From an uncultured Gammaproteobacteria bacterium (lineage in GTDB: Bacteria > Patescibacteriota > Microgenomatia > UBA8517), in NCBI GenBank assembly GCA_965231135.1, contig OZ246419.1:147028-182753 (forward strand): a stretch of DNA of 35,726 nt, given 5' to 3'. How positions within the stretch are numbered: the first letter of the stretch is position 1; every line of letters begins with the position of its first letter. The notes below the pieces were generated by a model that was not told where the DNA came from, made no database searches, and was given only the letters and a program-made list of their open reading frames with translations. Made by a program: the position numbers and the translations under genes. This document shows, in pieces, positions 1-9,830 of the stretch.

Positions 1-117
1 AGGAGGCATTAATATGGTATATTTTTTTTCTGCTTTTGATTCTTTAAAAGCACCTGAGTTTTCCCAGAGAGAATAAATTTTTTCTTCGTGATCTTTGTGG
101 TTGTAGGTTTTGTCCAT
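1..117 (-). CDS. valS: Valyl-tRNA synthetase, N-terminal 39 codons (runs off the window)
   Basis: Manual translation from ATG at 117: MDKTYNHKDHEEKIYSLWENSGAFKESKAEKKYTILMPP, the typical ValRS N-terminus leading into the PPPN motif. Starts 10 nt after the tsaD stop. Not in the ORF track. Confidence 0.85.
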   Translation of the reverse strand, partial: MDKTYNHKDHEEKIYSLWENSGAFKESKAEKKYTILMPP

Positions 118-127
118 TATGAGCCTA

Positions 128-1156
128 TTATATCAAATCTGTAATTATTAATTCAGGGTTTGCTGAAACATTTTCCCAACTTACTTTTTTATTTTGGAAA
201 AATGCTGCGGCTCCTATTGCAGCGGCATTATCAGTGCATAAAACAACTTCTGGAACGTACAAACGCAAGTCTTTAAATTTACCCGAATGCCGAAGGCATT
301 CTTCACTGAATTTGCTTCTTAGTCGTGAGTTTGCTGAAACACCACCGCCAATTAATAAAGAATTTACTTTATATTTCTCTGCAGCATGCATAGTTTTTAT
401 AACAAGAGAATCGACAATTGCTTCCTGGACTTCGGCGGCTAATTTTTCTTTATCAATGTTTTTTTCTTTTTGTACTTCGCGAAGAACTGCAGTTTTAAGT
501 CCTGAAAAAGACCAGTCAAAATTATTTTCGTTAATCATTGGTCTTGGAAAGAAATTTAACTTTACATCAGGATTTTTGTCAATAAATTTTCCAGCGAGTT
601 TAGATAAATTAGGACCACCTGGGTAAGGAAGATTGAGTAATCTTGCAGTTTTATCAAAAGCTTCGCCAGCTGCATCATCGCGAGTGGATCCGATTAATTT
701 AATATTGTCGTGAGATTTCATTAAAACTAAATCAGTATGACCGCCTGAAACAACAAGAGCTAATAAAGGGAATTGGGGAGAATTGTCTATAAAATTAGCG
801 TAGATATGGCCGAGTAAATGATTCACAGGAATAAGAGGCTTATTCCAAAGCATGGATAAAGTTTTGGCTGTTTCAACGCCAACTAAAAGAGAACCAATTA
901 AACCAGGGCCAACAGTTACTGCAATTGCATCGATATCTTTTGAAGAGTGATTTTTCATTGCTTCTTCGATTACAGGGATAATACTTTTTATTTGTTCGCG
1001 GGCCGCATTTTCAGGAATAACTCCATCAGTTAATGCGTGCATTTCACTAGAACTTGCGATTATGTTTGAAATAATTTTTAAATTATTATTTTTATCTTTT
1101 TCAATTATTGCTGCAGATGTTTCATCACAGCTGGTTTCAATTGATAGGATTTTCAT
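128..1156 (-). CDS. tsaD: tRNA N6-adenosine threonylcarbamoyltransferase TsaD
   Basis: Motifs IETSCDETSAA, GPGLIGSLLVG, NHLLGH, VSGGHT, DDAAGEAFDK, FSFSGLKT-like WSFSGLKT, GGVSAN, CTDNAAAI. Confidence 0.97.
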   Translation of the reverse strand: MKILSIETSCDETSAAIIEKDKNNNLKIISNIIASSSEMHALTDGVIPENAAREQIKSIIPVIEEAMKNHSSKDIDAIAVTVGPGLIGSLLVGVETAKTLSMLWNKPLIPVNHLLGHIYANFIDNSPQFPLLALVVSGGHTDLVLMKSHDNIKLIGSTRDDAAGEAFDKTARLLNLPYPGGPNLSKLAGKFIDKNPDVKLNFFPRPMINENNFDWSFSGLKTAVLREVQKEKNIDKEKLAAEVQEAIVDSLVIKTMHAAEKYKVNSLLIGGGVSANSRLRSKFSEECLRHSGKFKDLRLYVPEVVLCTDNAAAIGAAAFFQNKKVSWENVSANPELIITDLI

Positions 1157-1194
1157 AGCTTATTATACCTTGACATGAATGATATTATAAATAA

Positions 1195-1452
1195 ATGGCG
1201 GACGAGAGAAATAAATACCAACTTTCAGAAGAAGATGTGAAACTTTACGAAATGCCTCTTGAAGAATTAAGAGCATATTGCGGAAGTATTGATACGAGTC
1301 CGGTTGGCGAAAAAAGATCAGATGATGTACAGCATGTAATCAATATTTGGTTTATGAGATCACGAGCTCAAATAGCTGAAGAAAATAGAGCTGAATATTA
1401 CAAAGAACTTAGAGGAGAACCAAATGATTTTGATGAGTATGCCCCGTATTAG
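1195..1452 (+). CDS. Acidic hypothetical protein, 85 aa
   Basis: Fills the gap between tsaD and the VanW gene. Extended -10 TGATATTAT (1180-1188) lies 6 nt before the ATG. No family recognised. Confidence 0.65.
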   Translation: MADERNKYQLSEEDVKLYEMPLEELRAYCGSIDTSPVGEKRSDDVQHVINIWFMRSRAQIAEENRAEYYKELRGEPNDFDEYAPY

Positions 1453-1461
1453 TTTTATAAA

Positions 1462-2814
1462 TTAAGAAGTTTTTGTGCCACGAAGATATTTTGCCTGCCA
1501 GGGCTGGTAATTGCTGTAAAAAGTTTGTTGATTAATTATATTTCCATCTTTGGTGACAGTATAGTCAAACTGAGATTTTAGACCTGTTGCTGCAAAATCT
1601 ACTTGCTGAATAGTTCCTACTGGCAAATCTGGGTCGTCGGTATATAAAGGATCCGGAGCAGGCGAATATCCCCAAAGTTTTGGTTTACTGATTGTTGCAA
1701 CACGGCCATCTGAAGTGCCGTAGAAATTGAAAGTTAAGACTTCATTTTTGGCATCAAAATCTGATTCGATTAAAATGTAATTTCCGGTGTCGTTTTTGAA
1801 TTTGAAATCTACTGTGGGACTATAAATAGTAGCGTCTAATCCAGCTGGAGCATCTTCTTCGTAATAATGAACTTGATAAGCGTGTGCATGGCGCTCTGTA
1901 ATTGGGAGACCAGTATTCATGGCCGCGCGGAACATAGTGGTACTAACCTGGCAAACTCCGCCGCCATCACCTAAGACTGTTTGACCATTTTGAATAATAT
2001 ATGCTTGTTTATAACCTGAAAGGGAAGAAATATCACCGACTGTTTTATCAAATGAAAAAATATCGCCTGGAGCTATCAAAGTATTATTAATTCTGCTTGC
2101 AGCAAGACCAATATTGTAAACGCGAGTTGCAATGGAACCAGCGAAATGAGAAGTACCGCTTCCTATTAATTCTTTGATACCTAAATTATTGATGTCTGAA
2201 GTTTTTATTTGAGCACTCATCTTATTTACAGGAATTTCTAAAACAATTGGATCAGTTGTGTTTTTTTGAAGAGCATTATTAATTTCAGTTTGGAGTTTAT
2301 TGACATCCATTTCCTGACCATTTGAATCTTCCTGAAATGCTGTCACCTTGCCATTTGAAACTGTGAAGACGCCATTTTTAGGATAGATATTAATGGAATT
2401 GGCGATCTGATCTAGATTGTTTTGCAAAACATTTTGATCGTAGTTTATTTCTATAGGATAATTTACTTTATGTGTCAACAAGCTGATCAAATGTTGAGGT
2501 TTGCTGACGTTATATGCTTTATTTATGGTTGACTCTTTGTCTATAGTAAGATTTAATAAAGATGTATCAATCTGATAAACTTTCCCGTTGTAAGTTAATG
2601 TAAGCGAGACGGGAATGTTTAAACTGGGATTAATAATTTTATTTACTTCATTAAATGTTTTTCCAGATACATTGACACTATTTATATAAATGTTTGGATA
2701 AATGCGATTTGAGAAAAAAATAACAATACTAATTACAAGAATGATAAGAGTGGTGATAACTCCTAAGAAAATTGGAAGAAGGATTTTTGTCTTCGGTTTC
2801 TTTTTTTTAGCCAT
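1462..2814 (-). CDS. VanW-family protein with N-terminal TM, peptidoglycan-binding-like region and G5-like C-terminus
   Basis: VanW core motifs GGGVCQVSTT, ERHAHAY, GLDATI, DFKFKNDT. Start moved to ATG 2814 (MAKKKKPK + TM), which has TATAAT 7 nt upstream. Confidence 0.9.
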   Translation of the reverse strand: MAKKKKPKTKILLPIFLGVITTLIILVISIVIFFSNRIYPNIYINSVNVSGKTFNEVNKIINPSLNIPVSLTLTYNGKVYQIDTSLLNLTIDKESTINKAYNVSKPQHLISLLTHKVNYPIEINYDQNVLQNNLDQIANSINIYPKNGVFTVSNGKVTAFQEDSNGQEMDVNKLQTEINNALQKNTTDPIVLEIPVNKMSAQIKTSDINNLGIKELIGSGTSHFAGSIATRVYNIGLAASRINNTLIAPGDIFSFDKTVGDISSLSGYKQAYIIQNGQTVLGDGGGVCQVSTTMFRAAMNTGLPITERHAHAYQVHYYEEDAPAGLDATIYSPTVDFKFKNDTGNYILIESDFDAKNEVLTFNFYGTSDGRVATISKPKLWGYSPAPDPLYTDDPDLPVGTIQQVDFAATGLKSQFDYTVTKDGNIINQQTFYSNYQPWQAKYLRGTKTS

Positions 2815-2837
2815 ACTTGATATTATATATACAGAAT

Positions 2838-4307
2838 ATGAATGAACCAAACCCAACACAACCACTTCAACAACCGAATCCTACTGTTCCAGTAAATCAA
2901 AATATCTTTACTTCTGGACAAAATGTGCAAGATCCTTCGACTCGTGGACTGGCTCAGGACGATAAGAATCGAATTATTCAAAATGTTGCTGGGCCAAAAA
3001 GTTTTGGAGGCAAGAAAATATTAATTGCACTTGGAGCTGTTGTTTTAATTTTAATTATTTTACTTATTGGAAAAGCTTTGTTTACAAAAGTTAACCAAAA
3101 CAAAAATGTAACTTTAACCTGGTGGAATACGACTTTAGACCAAGCTGCAGTTAACCCAATTATTCAAGAATTTGAGCAGCAGAATCCGAACGTGACCATT
3201 AATTTTGAATCACAATCTCAAACTGATTATCGAATAAGACTTGCAAATGCTTTGCAGCAAGGGAAAGGACCGGACATTTTTGAAATACATAATAGCTGGA
3301 TGCCAATGTTTATTAATAGTTTGAGTCCTTCAAATACTGATTTTAGTAATGATTTTTATGCAATAGTTGGAAGTAATTTTAAAGTTAATAATAAATTTTA
3401 TGCGGCACCGCTTTCGTATGATGGAATTGCCCTTTTTGTAAATCAGGATATCTTACAATCTTATGGAAAGACTGCTCCCAAGACTTGGGATGATTTTGTA
3501 AATTTGGCGCAATCTTTAACACTAAGGGATGCAAGCGGGAATATTACACAAGCTGGTGCTGCTATCGGGACAACAAGTAATATTGATTATTGGCAGGATA
3601 TATTTGCGACACTAGCACTCCAAAATGGAGTGAATCTTAATCAGCCAAATTCTACGAACGGAGAAAGTGCACTTACTTTTTATACTAAGTTTTCTAATAT
3701 TTACCATGTTTGGGATGATACTTTGCCGCAATCAACACTTGATTTTGAAAACGGGAAACTTGCTATGTATTTTGGGAAATATACTGATGCTGAAACGATA
3801 AGAAAACAATTTCCAAATTTACATTTTGAAATAGTTCCAGTTCCACAACTTCCAAGCGATGCATCGACTATTCCAAGCGTTTCTTATGCGAGTTATTTTG
3901 CAGATGCAGTTTCTAAACAAAGTGCGAATTCTTCTATGGCATGGAAATTCTTGCAATTTTTGACTACGCAGCAAACTTTGCAAGAACTTAATAAAAATGA
4001 ACAACAAACAAGGGGATATGGAATAATTTATCCGAGAGCTGATATGCAAAATGTACAATTAACTGATCAGACAGCTTCTGCATTTGCTTATCAAGCAAGC
4101 TTTGCACAAAGCTGGTACCTTGCTGATAAAACATTTGACGGAGATAGCGGAATAAATTCACAAGTAGCTAAAGCCTATTCGGATGCAATTGATGCTGCAA
4201 ATGGAAATTCTGGAGGAAATGGTGCAATAGCAACTGCGCAGACAGCATTGCAGCTCATACTTGCTTCTTATGGATTAGTTGCTCCAGTGCCGTCTTCAAC
4301 TCCTTGA
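2838..4307 (+). CDS. Membrane-anchored extracellular solute-binding protein (sugar ABC SBP family 1-like)
   Basis: Motifs LTWW, FEQQNPNVTINF, GPDIF, PKTWDDF, FENGKLAMYF, AWKFLQFL. One TM after a Pro/Gln-rich N-tail. Start moved to ATG 2838. Confidence 0.85.
   Translation: MNEPNPTQPLQQPNPTVPVNQNIFTSGQNVQDPSTRGLAQDDKNRIIQNVAGPKSFGGKKILIALGAVVLILIILLIGKALFTKVNQNKNVTLTWWNTTLDQAAVNPIIQEFEQQNPNVTINFESQSQTDYRIRLANALQQGKGPDIFEIHNSWMPMFINSLSPSNTDFSNDFYAIVGSNFKVNNKFYAAPLSYDGIALFVNQDILQSYGKTAPKTWDDFVNLAQSLTLRDASGNITQAGAAIGTTSNIDYWQDIFATLALQNGVNLNQPNSTNGESALTFYTKFSNIYHVWDDTLPQSTLDFENGKLAMYFGKYTDAETIRKQFPNLHFEIVPVPQLPSDASTIPSVSYASYFADAVSKQSANSSMAWKFLQFLTTQQTLQELNKNEQQTRGYGIIYPRADMQNVQLTDQTASAFAYQASFAQSWYLADKTFDGDSGINSQVAKAYSDAIDAANGNSGGNGAIATAQTALQLILASYGLVAPVPSSTP
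2931..2960 (+). repeat. Dispersed ~30-bp repeat, copy A (in-frame in the SBP gene)
   Basis: GATCCTTCGACTCGTGGACTGGCTCAGGAC shares ATCCTTCGACTCGT and CTCAGGA with the copies at 25518 and 28695. Confidence 0.8.
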
Positions 4308-4329
4308 TCCGTTCGACTACACTCAGGGC
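4306..4329 (+). repeat. Dispersed repeat, short variant D (intergenic, SBP stop to groES promoter)
   Basis: GATCCGTTCGACTACACTCAGGGC has the same ATCC-TTCGACT...CTCAGG skeleton with a shorter middle. Confidence 0.55.
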
Positions 4330-4333
4330 TATA

Positions 4334-4360
4334 GCAGCACTTAGGTATTGACTTTGCTAA
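4334..4360 (+). promoter_or_regulatory. Degenerate CIRCE-like (HrcA) operator
   Basis: GCAGCACTT-N9-CTTTGCTAA versus consensus TTAGCACTC-N9-GAGTGCTAA: 6/9 in each arm, exact 9-nt spacer, just upstream of groES. hrcA is not in the window. Confidence 0.35.
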
Positions 4361-4376
4361 TTTGATTTGATAAATT
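4348..4376 (+). promoter_or_regulatory. Sigma70-type promoter of the groES operon
   Basis: TTGACT (4348-4353), 17-nt spacer, TAAATT (4371-4376) with a TGn extension; 12 nt before the groES ATG. Confidence 0.55.
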
Positions 4377-4388
4377 TCAAGTCTAGAT

Positions 4389-4688
4389 ATGGCTAAAGCA
4401 AATACTTCAAAATTGAATATCACCCCTGCTCCAGGATATTTATTAATAGAACCGCAGGAAGTACAAACAAAAACTTCTGGAGGAATTTATTTAGCAGAAA
4501 ATGTAAACGCAGAAAAACCACAAAAAGGAAAAGTACTTGCAGTTGGAGAAAAAGACGGCAAAAAAGAATCTCCTGCTCAAAAAGGAGACGAAGTTGTTTA
4601 TAAAAAATGGGGAGGAAATGAATATAAACATGAAGGAAAAGAATATACTTTTATAAAGTTTGAGGATATACTAGCGATTATAAAGTAA
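4389..4688 (+). CDS. groES: Co-chaperonin GroES
   Basis: PAPGYLLIEP, mobile loop KTSGGIYL, KGKVLAVG, GDEVVYKKWGGNE, EDILAII. Confidence 0.96.
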   Translation: MAKANTSKLNITPAPGYLLIEPQEVQTKTSGGIYLAENVNAEKPQKGKVLAVGEKDGKKESPAQKGDEVVYKKWGGNEYKHEGKEYTFIKFEDILAIIK

Positions 4689-4689
4689 T

Positions 4690-4974
4690 ATGAAAAAATT
4701 AAATGGATTTAAACAAATTTTGAATGAGACTACTGACTTGATGGTTGAAATGGATGGTAGGTTTACGCGAGCAGAAGCAACTGCCTTGGCTTTTCCAACT
4801 GCAATTAGACAACTCTGGAGTTTGATGGGTTCTGAAATTGGTGGAGAAAAAAGAATTGCTAATGAAGTTTTTGGAATTTCTTATCGAGAATTTGTTGCTG
4901 AATGTGATAGAAGGAAAGATTTGGTGGAGAACTCTAGAGCAATGGGAGCAGCCAAAGAAAGGTTTGGTAATTAA
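4690..4974 (+). CDS. Hypothetical protein, 94 aa (first ORF inside the groESL operon)
   Basis: ATG 1 nt after the groES stop; stop 2 nt before the next ATG. Aligns by eye with the next ORF. Confidence 0.8.
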   Translation: MKKLNGFKQILNETTDLMVEMDGRFTRAEATALAFPTAIRQLWSLMGSEIGGEKRIANEVFGISYREFVAECDRRKDLVENSRAMGAAKERFGN

Positions 4975-4976
4975 TT

Positions 4977-6858
<1,882 letters not shown>

Positions 6859-6900
6859 TTGCTTCTTGAATAAATATCCCTTTTTTAGTTACTATATTTT

Positions 6901-7092
6901 ATGACCGCTGAATTTAACCGACATTATTCTGATAAAGGCGGACATTTTGCAAGAGGAAAGTTTTGGAAGAATTATTCTAAAGATTTAAAACATGTGTCGG
7001 AGGAAGTTTATGATTTATTTGCTTATAATATACCTCTTGGTAAGGATGTAAGAAGATCAATGTTGAGATCGCATTCTTCTGGAAAAAGGTGA
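6901..7092 (+). CDS. Small basic hypothetical protein, 63 aa
   Basis: Fills the gap after groEL. TTGAAT (6866)-18 nt-TACTAT (6890-6895) ends 5 nt before the ATG. Confidence 0.55.
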   Translation: MTAEFNRHYSDKGGHFARGKFWKNYSKDLKHVSEEVYDLFAYNIPLGKDVRRSMLRSHSSGKR

Positions 7093-7104
7093 TATAATTT
7101 TTTT

Positions 7105-7782
7105 ATGCCCAAAGAGGAAAAAGAATACAAGAAAAAACTTCGAGTGGTAACTGAAGAAGTAACAGCGGAACCTGAAGCGAAAATTGAAGAAGTTAAGCAA
7201 ATGGAAACTCCAGAGGAAACAAAAATAGTTGAAGAGGTACCAGTAGATGAAGTGAGTAAAGACGAACCGAGATTTGGAGTACGCGAGACGCAAAATATTG
7301 ATTTAAATAGAAAAGAAGAACGTGGAGCTTTTGTAAAAATATTTTTTGTCACCTTTTTTGCTACACTTTTGGCATTTTTACTTGCTGGAGGAATTTATGT
7401 CTATTTGACTGGGATAAAAGGTGGAAGTGTTAGTCCAACTCCTACTCCAACAACTGAGGCAATTACTGAACCTACGCCGACGCCTACTCCGACAGCAGAT
7501 CTTTCAACTTTCAAGATTTCAGTTTTGAACGGTAATGGAGGAATTGGTGTAGCAACTGCTGCAAAAGCTGTGATTGAAAAAGCTGGATTTACAGTGACGG
7601 ATGTTGGGAATGCTGATAATTTCAATTTTACAGATACCTTAGTCCAAGTAAAAAGTACTGTCCCAAGCGATGTAGTTGAGAAAATTAAAAACGCTCTCTC
7701 TGCAAATTATTCTGTAGCTATGGGAGATCCACTTGATGCAAATAGTAATTTTGATATTGTGATTACTGTTGGGTCGAAGTAG
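7105..7782 (+). CDS. Single-TM protein with Pro/Thr linker and LytR C-terminal (LytR_C) domain
   Basis: Acidic N-tail, TM, PTPTP repeats, then ISVLNGNGGIGVA...GFTVTDVGNADN...DIVITVG. TGATATAAT 6 nt upstream. Confidence 0.85.
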   Translation: MPKEEKEYKKKLRVVTEEVTAEPEAKIEEVKQMETPEETKIVEEVPVDEVSKDEPRFGVRETQNIDLNRKEERGAFVKIFFVTFFATLLAFLLAGGIYVYLTGIKGGSVSPTPTPTTEAITEPTPTPTPTADLSTFKISVLNGNGGIGVATAAKAVIEKAGFTVTDVGNADNFNFTDTLVQVKSTVPSDVVEKIKNALSANYSVAMGDPLDANSNFDIVITVGSK

Positions 7783-8365
7783 TGATATTATCTGTGAGCA
7801 TGTGTGGACCTGCTTTTGGAAAAGGCGGCAAAATAGTCAAAGGATTTACTGCTTTGCCGTTTATATGAATTTCTAAATGTAAATGAGGACCTGTTGCATG
7901 CCCTGTTGCTCCAATAAGGCCAATAATAGTATTCATATCAACTGTATCGCCCTTTTTAACGAATATTTTTGATAAATGAGCATATAAACTTTCCATACCG
8001 TTGCCATTATCTATTAAAACTTCATTTCCATAACCGTCTGTAGTGTAACCCGCAAATTCAACGGTTCCTGATGCGATAGATTTAATAGGATTTCCATAAG
8101 CGTTTGGTAAATCAATCCCTGGATGATAACTGGTGAAAAATTGGCTAATGTACCAGAAATTGACTGGAATTTGAATTTGAGGGGTATCAGTTTTATTTGC
8201 GATATTAAAGGCAATATCTAGCTTTTGCTCTGGAATTACCATGCTTGGAGAGCTTCCTGAAATAGAATTTATAGGAGAAGCTATGGGTAAAGTGATTAAA
8301 GCAAAGGCAAGGTTCCCTGCTAAAAAGGTTTTTACACGTCCCAAAATGTCAGTCTTTTTTATCAT
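7763..8365 (-). CDS. M23-family metallo-endopeptidase
   Basis: HPGIDL (HxxxD), GYGNEVLIDN, YAHL, GATGHATGPHLHLEI (HxH); hydrophobic N-terminal segment. Confidence 0.92.
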   Translation of the reverse strand: MIKKTDILGRVKTFLAGNLAFALITLPIASPINSISGSSPSMVIPEQKLDIAFNIANKTDTPQIQIPVNFWYISQFFTSYHPGIDLPNAYGNPIKSIASGTVEFAGYTTDGYGNEVLIDNGNGMESLYAHLSKIFVKKGDTVDMNTIIGLIGATGHATGPHLHLEIHINGKAVNPLTILPPFPKAGPHMLTDNITTSTQQ

Positions 8366-8366
8366 C

Positions 8367-8426
8367 GTTGAGGCGCCTACTTGCGTGCCTCTTCAACTCA
8401 CAAAAAATCCCGATTTTAATCGGGAT
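8367..8426 (-). other. Two adjacent hairpins in the leader of the M23 gene
   Basis: Perfect inverted repeat ATCCCGATT-TT-AATCGGGAT (8407-8426), followed on the minus strand by a T run. A second imperfect stem, GAGGCGC/GTGCCTC, lies directly before the ATG. Confidence 0.55.
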
Positions 8427-8465
8427 AGGCACAAGTATAAGGAAAATAAGGTATAATGTCAAGTA

Positions 8466-9056
8466 ATGTGGCAGCAAGCTGAGGAGGAATTGTCTAAGGA
8501 TAAATACCTAAAAAAACTGATAGAAAAGTATGGGCATTGTACTATAAATGTTAGGTTAGAAGACGATTATTTTGAAGATCTTTGTAGTGCAATTGTTGGA
8601 CAGCAATTATCTGGAAAAGCGGCTGATGCTATTTTTGCAAAATTCAAGAAAACTGTGATAGAGATTACACCTGAAGCTATTTTGAAAGTTGAGGATCAAG
8701 CTTTGAGAAATTCAGGATTGTCTTGGGCAAAAGTGAAATATATTAAAGATTTAGCAAAAAGAACACATGAGGGAAGTTTGGAAACAAAAAATTTATCAAA
8801 TTTGAGCGATGAGAACATCGAAAAAGAACTTACAGCAGTAAAAGGAATAGGAAAATGGACTGCACAAATGTTTTTGATGTTTACTTTAGGGCGAGCTGAC
8901 ATATTTCCATCTGGCGATTTGGGAATTAAAAATGGAATTAAAAAGTTAACAGGAAAAGAAATGAAACCTGAAGAAATGGAGAAATTTGCTGAGAGATGGA
9001 AGCCTTATAGAACTGTTGCTTCATGGTATATATGGCGCAATTTGGATAATAGATAA
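8466..9056 (+). CDS. DNA-3-methyladenine glycosylase II-like (AlkA/HhH-GPD family)
   Basis: AIVGQQLSGKAA, GLSWAKVKYI, HhH LTAVKGIGKWTAQM, DIFPSGDLG, WKPYRTVASWYIW. Confidence 0.92.
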   Translation: MWQQAEEELSKDKYLKKLIEKYGHCTINVRLEDDYFEDLCSAIVGQQLSGKAADAIFAKFKKTVIEITPEAILKVEDQALRNSGLSWAKVKYIKDLAKRTHEGSLETKNLSNLSDENIEKELTAVKGIGKWTAQMFLMFTLGRADIFPSGDLGIKNGIKKLTGKEMKPEEMEKFAERWKPYRTVASWYIWRNLDNR

Positions 9057-9057
9057 A

Positions 9058-9816
9058 TTATTGGATTGGTTTTTCTGATACTTTAATACTATCTAGGTTA
9101 TAAATTATGAAAGTTGATGCGTCGCCTTTTTCGTATTCTGTTCCTTCTATGTAAATTATTCCATCATATCCTAAATCTTTAACCACAAAATCTGCAAACC
9201 AGTTTCCCCATTGAACTCCATAGTTATTTCCGTTGAAACCTGATGGTGAATTAATTATTGGCTGAGTTCCTAACATTTTTCGAAGGTGAATATTAGATTT
9301 ATCTTCTATTTCTTCTAGATATTTTAAATATTTTTCTTTTTTATCTCGATCGATATATGCTCTATTTATAATTCTTCTTCCTATTCCATTTTTACCTTCA
9401 ACATGAGCTATTTCTGGTCCTAAATCTGGCTTTTCTTCTTTTTCTTGATTAAATCTTTTTTCAAAATAACTTTTCCATTTTTTGATTATGTTTGGAGGAG
9501 TAAATGTATTTCCGCCTTCCTCGTTTCTAAAATCTAGAAATTTGCAGTCATTTGCATAGACTGAATAAACGTGAGTTGGTGGTTTTTTATGAGTGCTATA
9601 GTCATAATGACCCTGTCTTACATGAGAGTATTTTTTTGCCTCTTCTTCTGTGTGAAGTGAATATAAACCAGGACCAAGAGTCCAACTTCCGTCTGTTGTT
9701 GCTGTATTGTAATCATATTTTGGATCAAAATTAAAAGGCTCTTTTGCTCCGTGATACAAAATTCCTGAGTAATAAGTTGTTTCTGGCTCTTCAATTTGAG
9801 ATGTTGTTTCTGTCAC
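9058..9816 (-). CDS. Hypothetical protein with ADP-ribosyltransferase (PARP/ART)-fold-like motifs
   Basis: LYHG, LGPGLY, EEAKKY, VYSVY, LGYDGII, FIIYN. GTG start with TAAACT 6 nt upstream. The fold call is by motif recognition only. Confidence 0.6.
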   Translation of the reverse strand: MTETTSQIEEPETTYYSGILYHGAKEPFNFDPKYDYNTATTDGSWTLGPGLYSLHTEEEAKKYSHVRQGHYDYSTHKKPPTHVYSVYANDCKFLDFRNEEGGNTFTPPNIIKKWKSYFEKRFNQEKEEKPDLGPEIAHVEGKNGIGRRIINRAYIDRDKKEKYLKYLEEIEDKSNIHLRKMLGTQPIINSPSGFNGNNYGVQWGNWFADFVVKDLGYDGIIYIEGTEYEKGDASTFIIYNLDSIKVSEKPIQ

Positions 9817-9830
9817 ATTGAAAGTTTAAC

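Noticed and set aside
7434-7494. Short CCNACN tandem repeats
   Set aside because: Encode a Pro/Thr linker with synonymous variation; not CRISPR or VNTR.
8241-8456. 71-aa plus-strand ORF crossing the hairpin region
   Set aside because: Overlaps the M23 gene antisense and runs through the palindromes; probably spurious.
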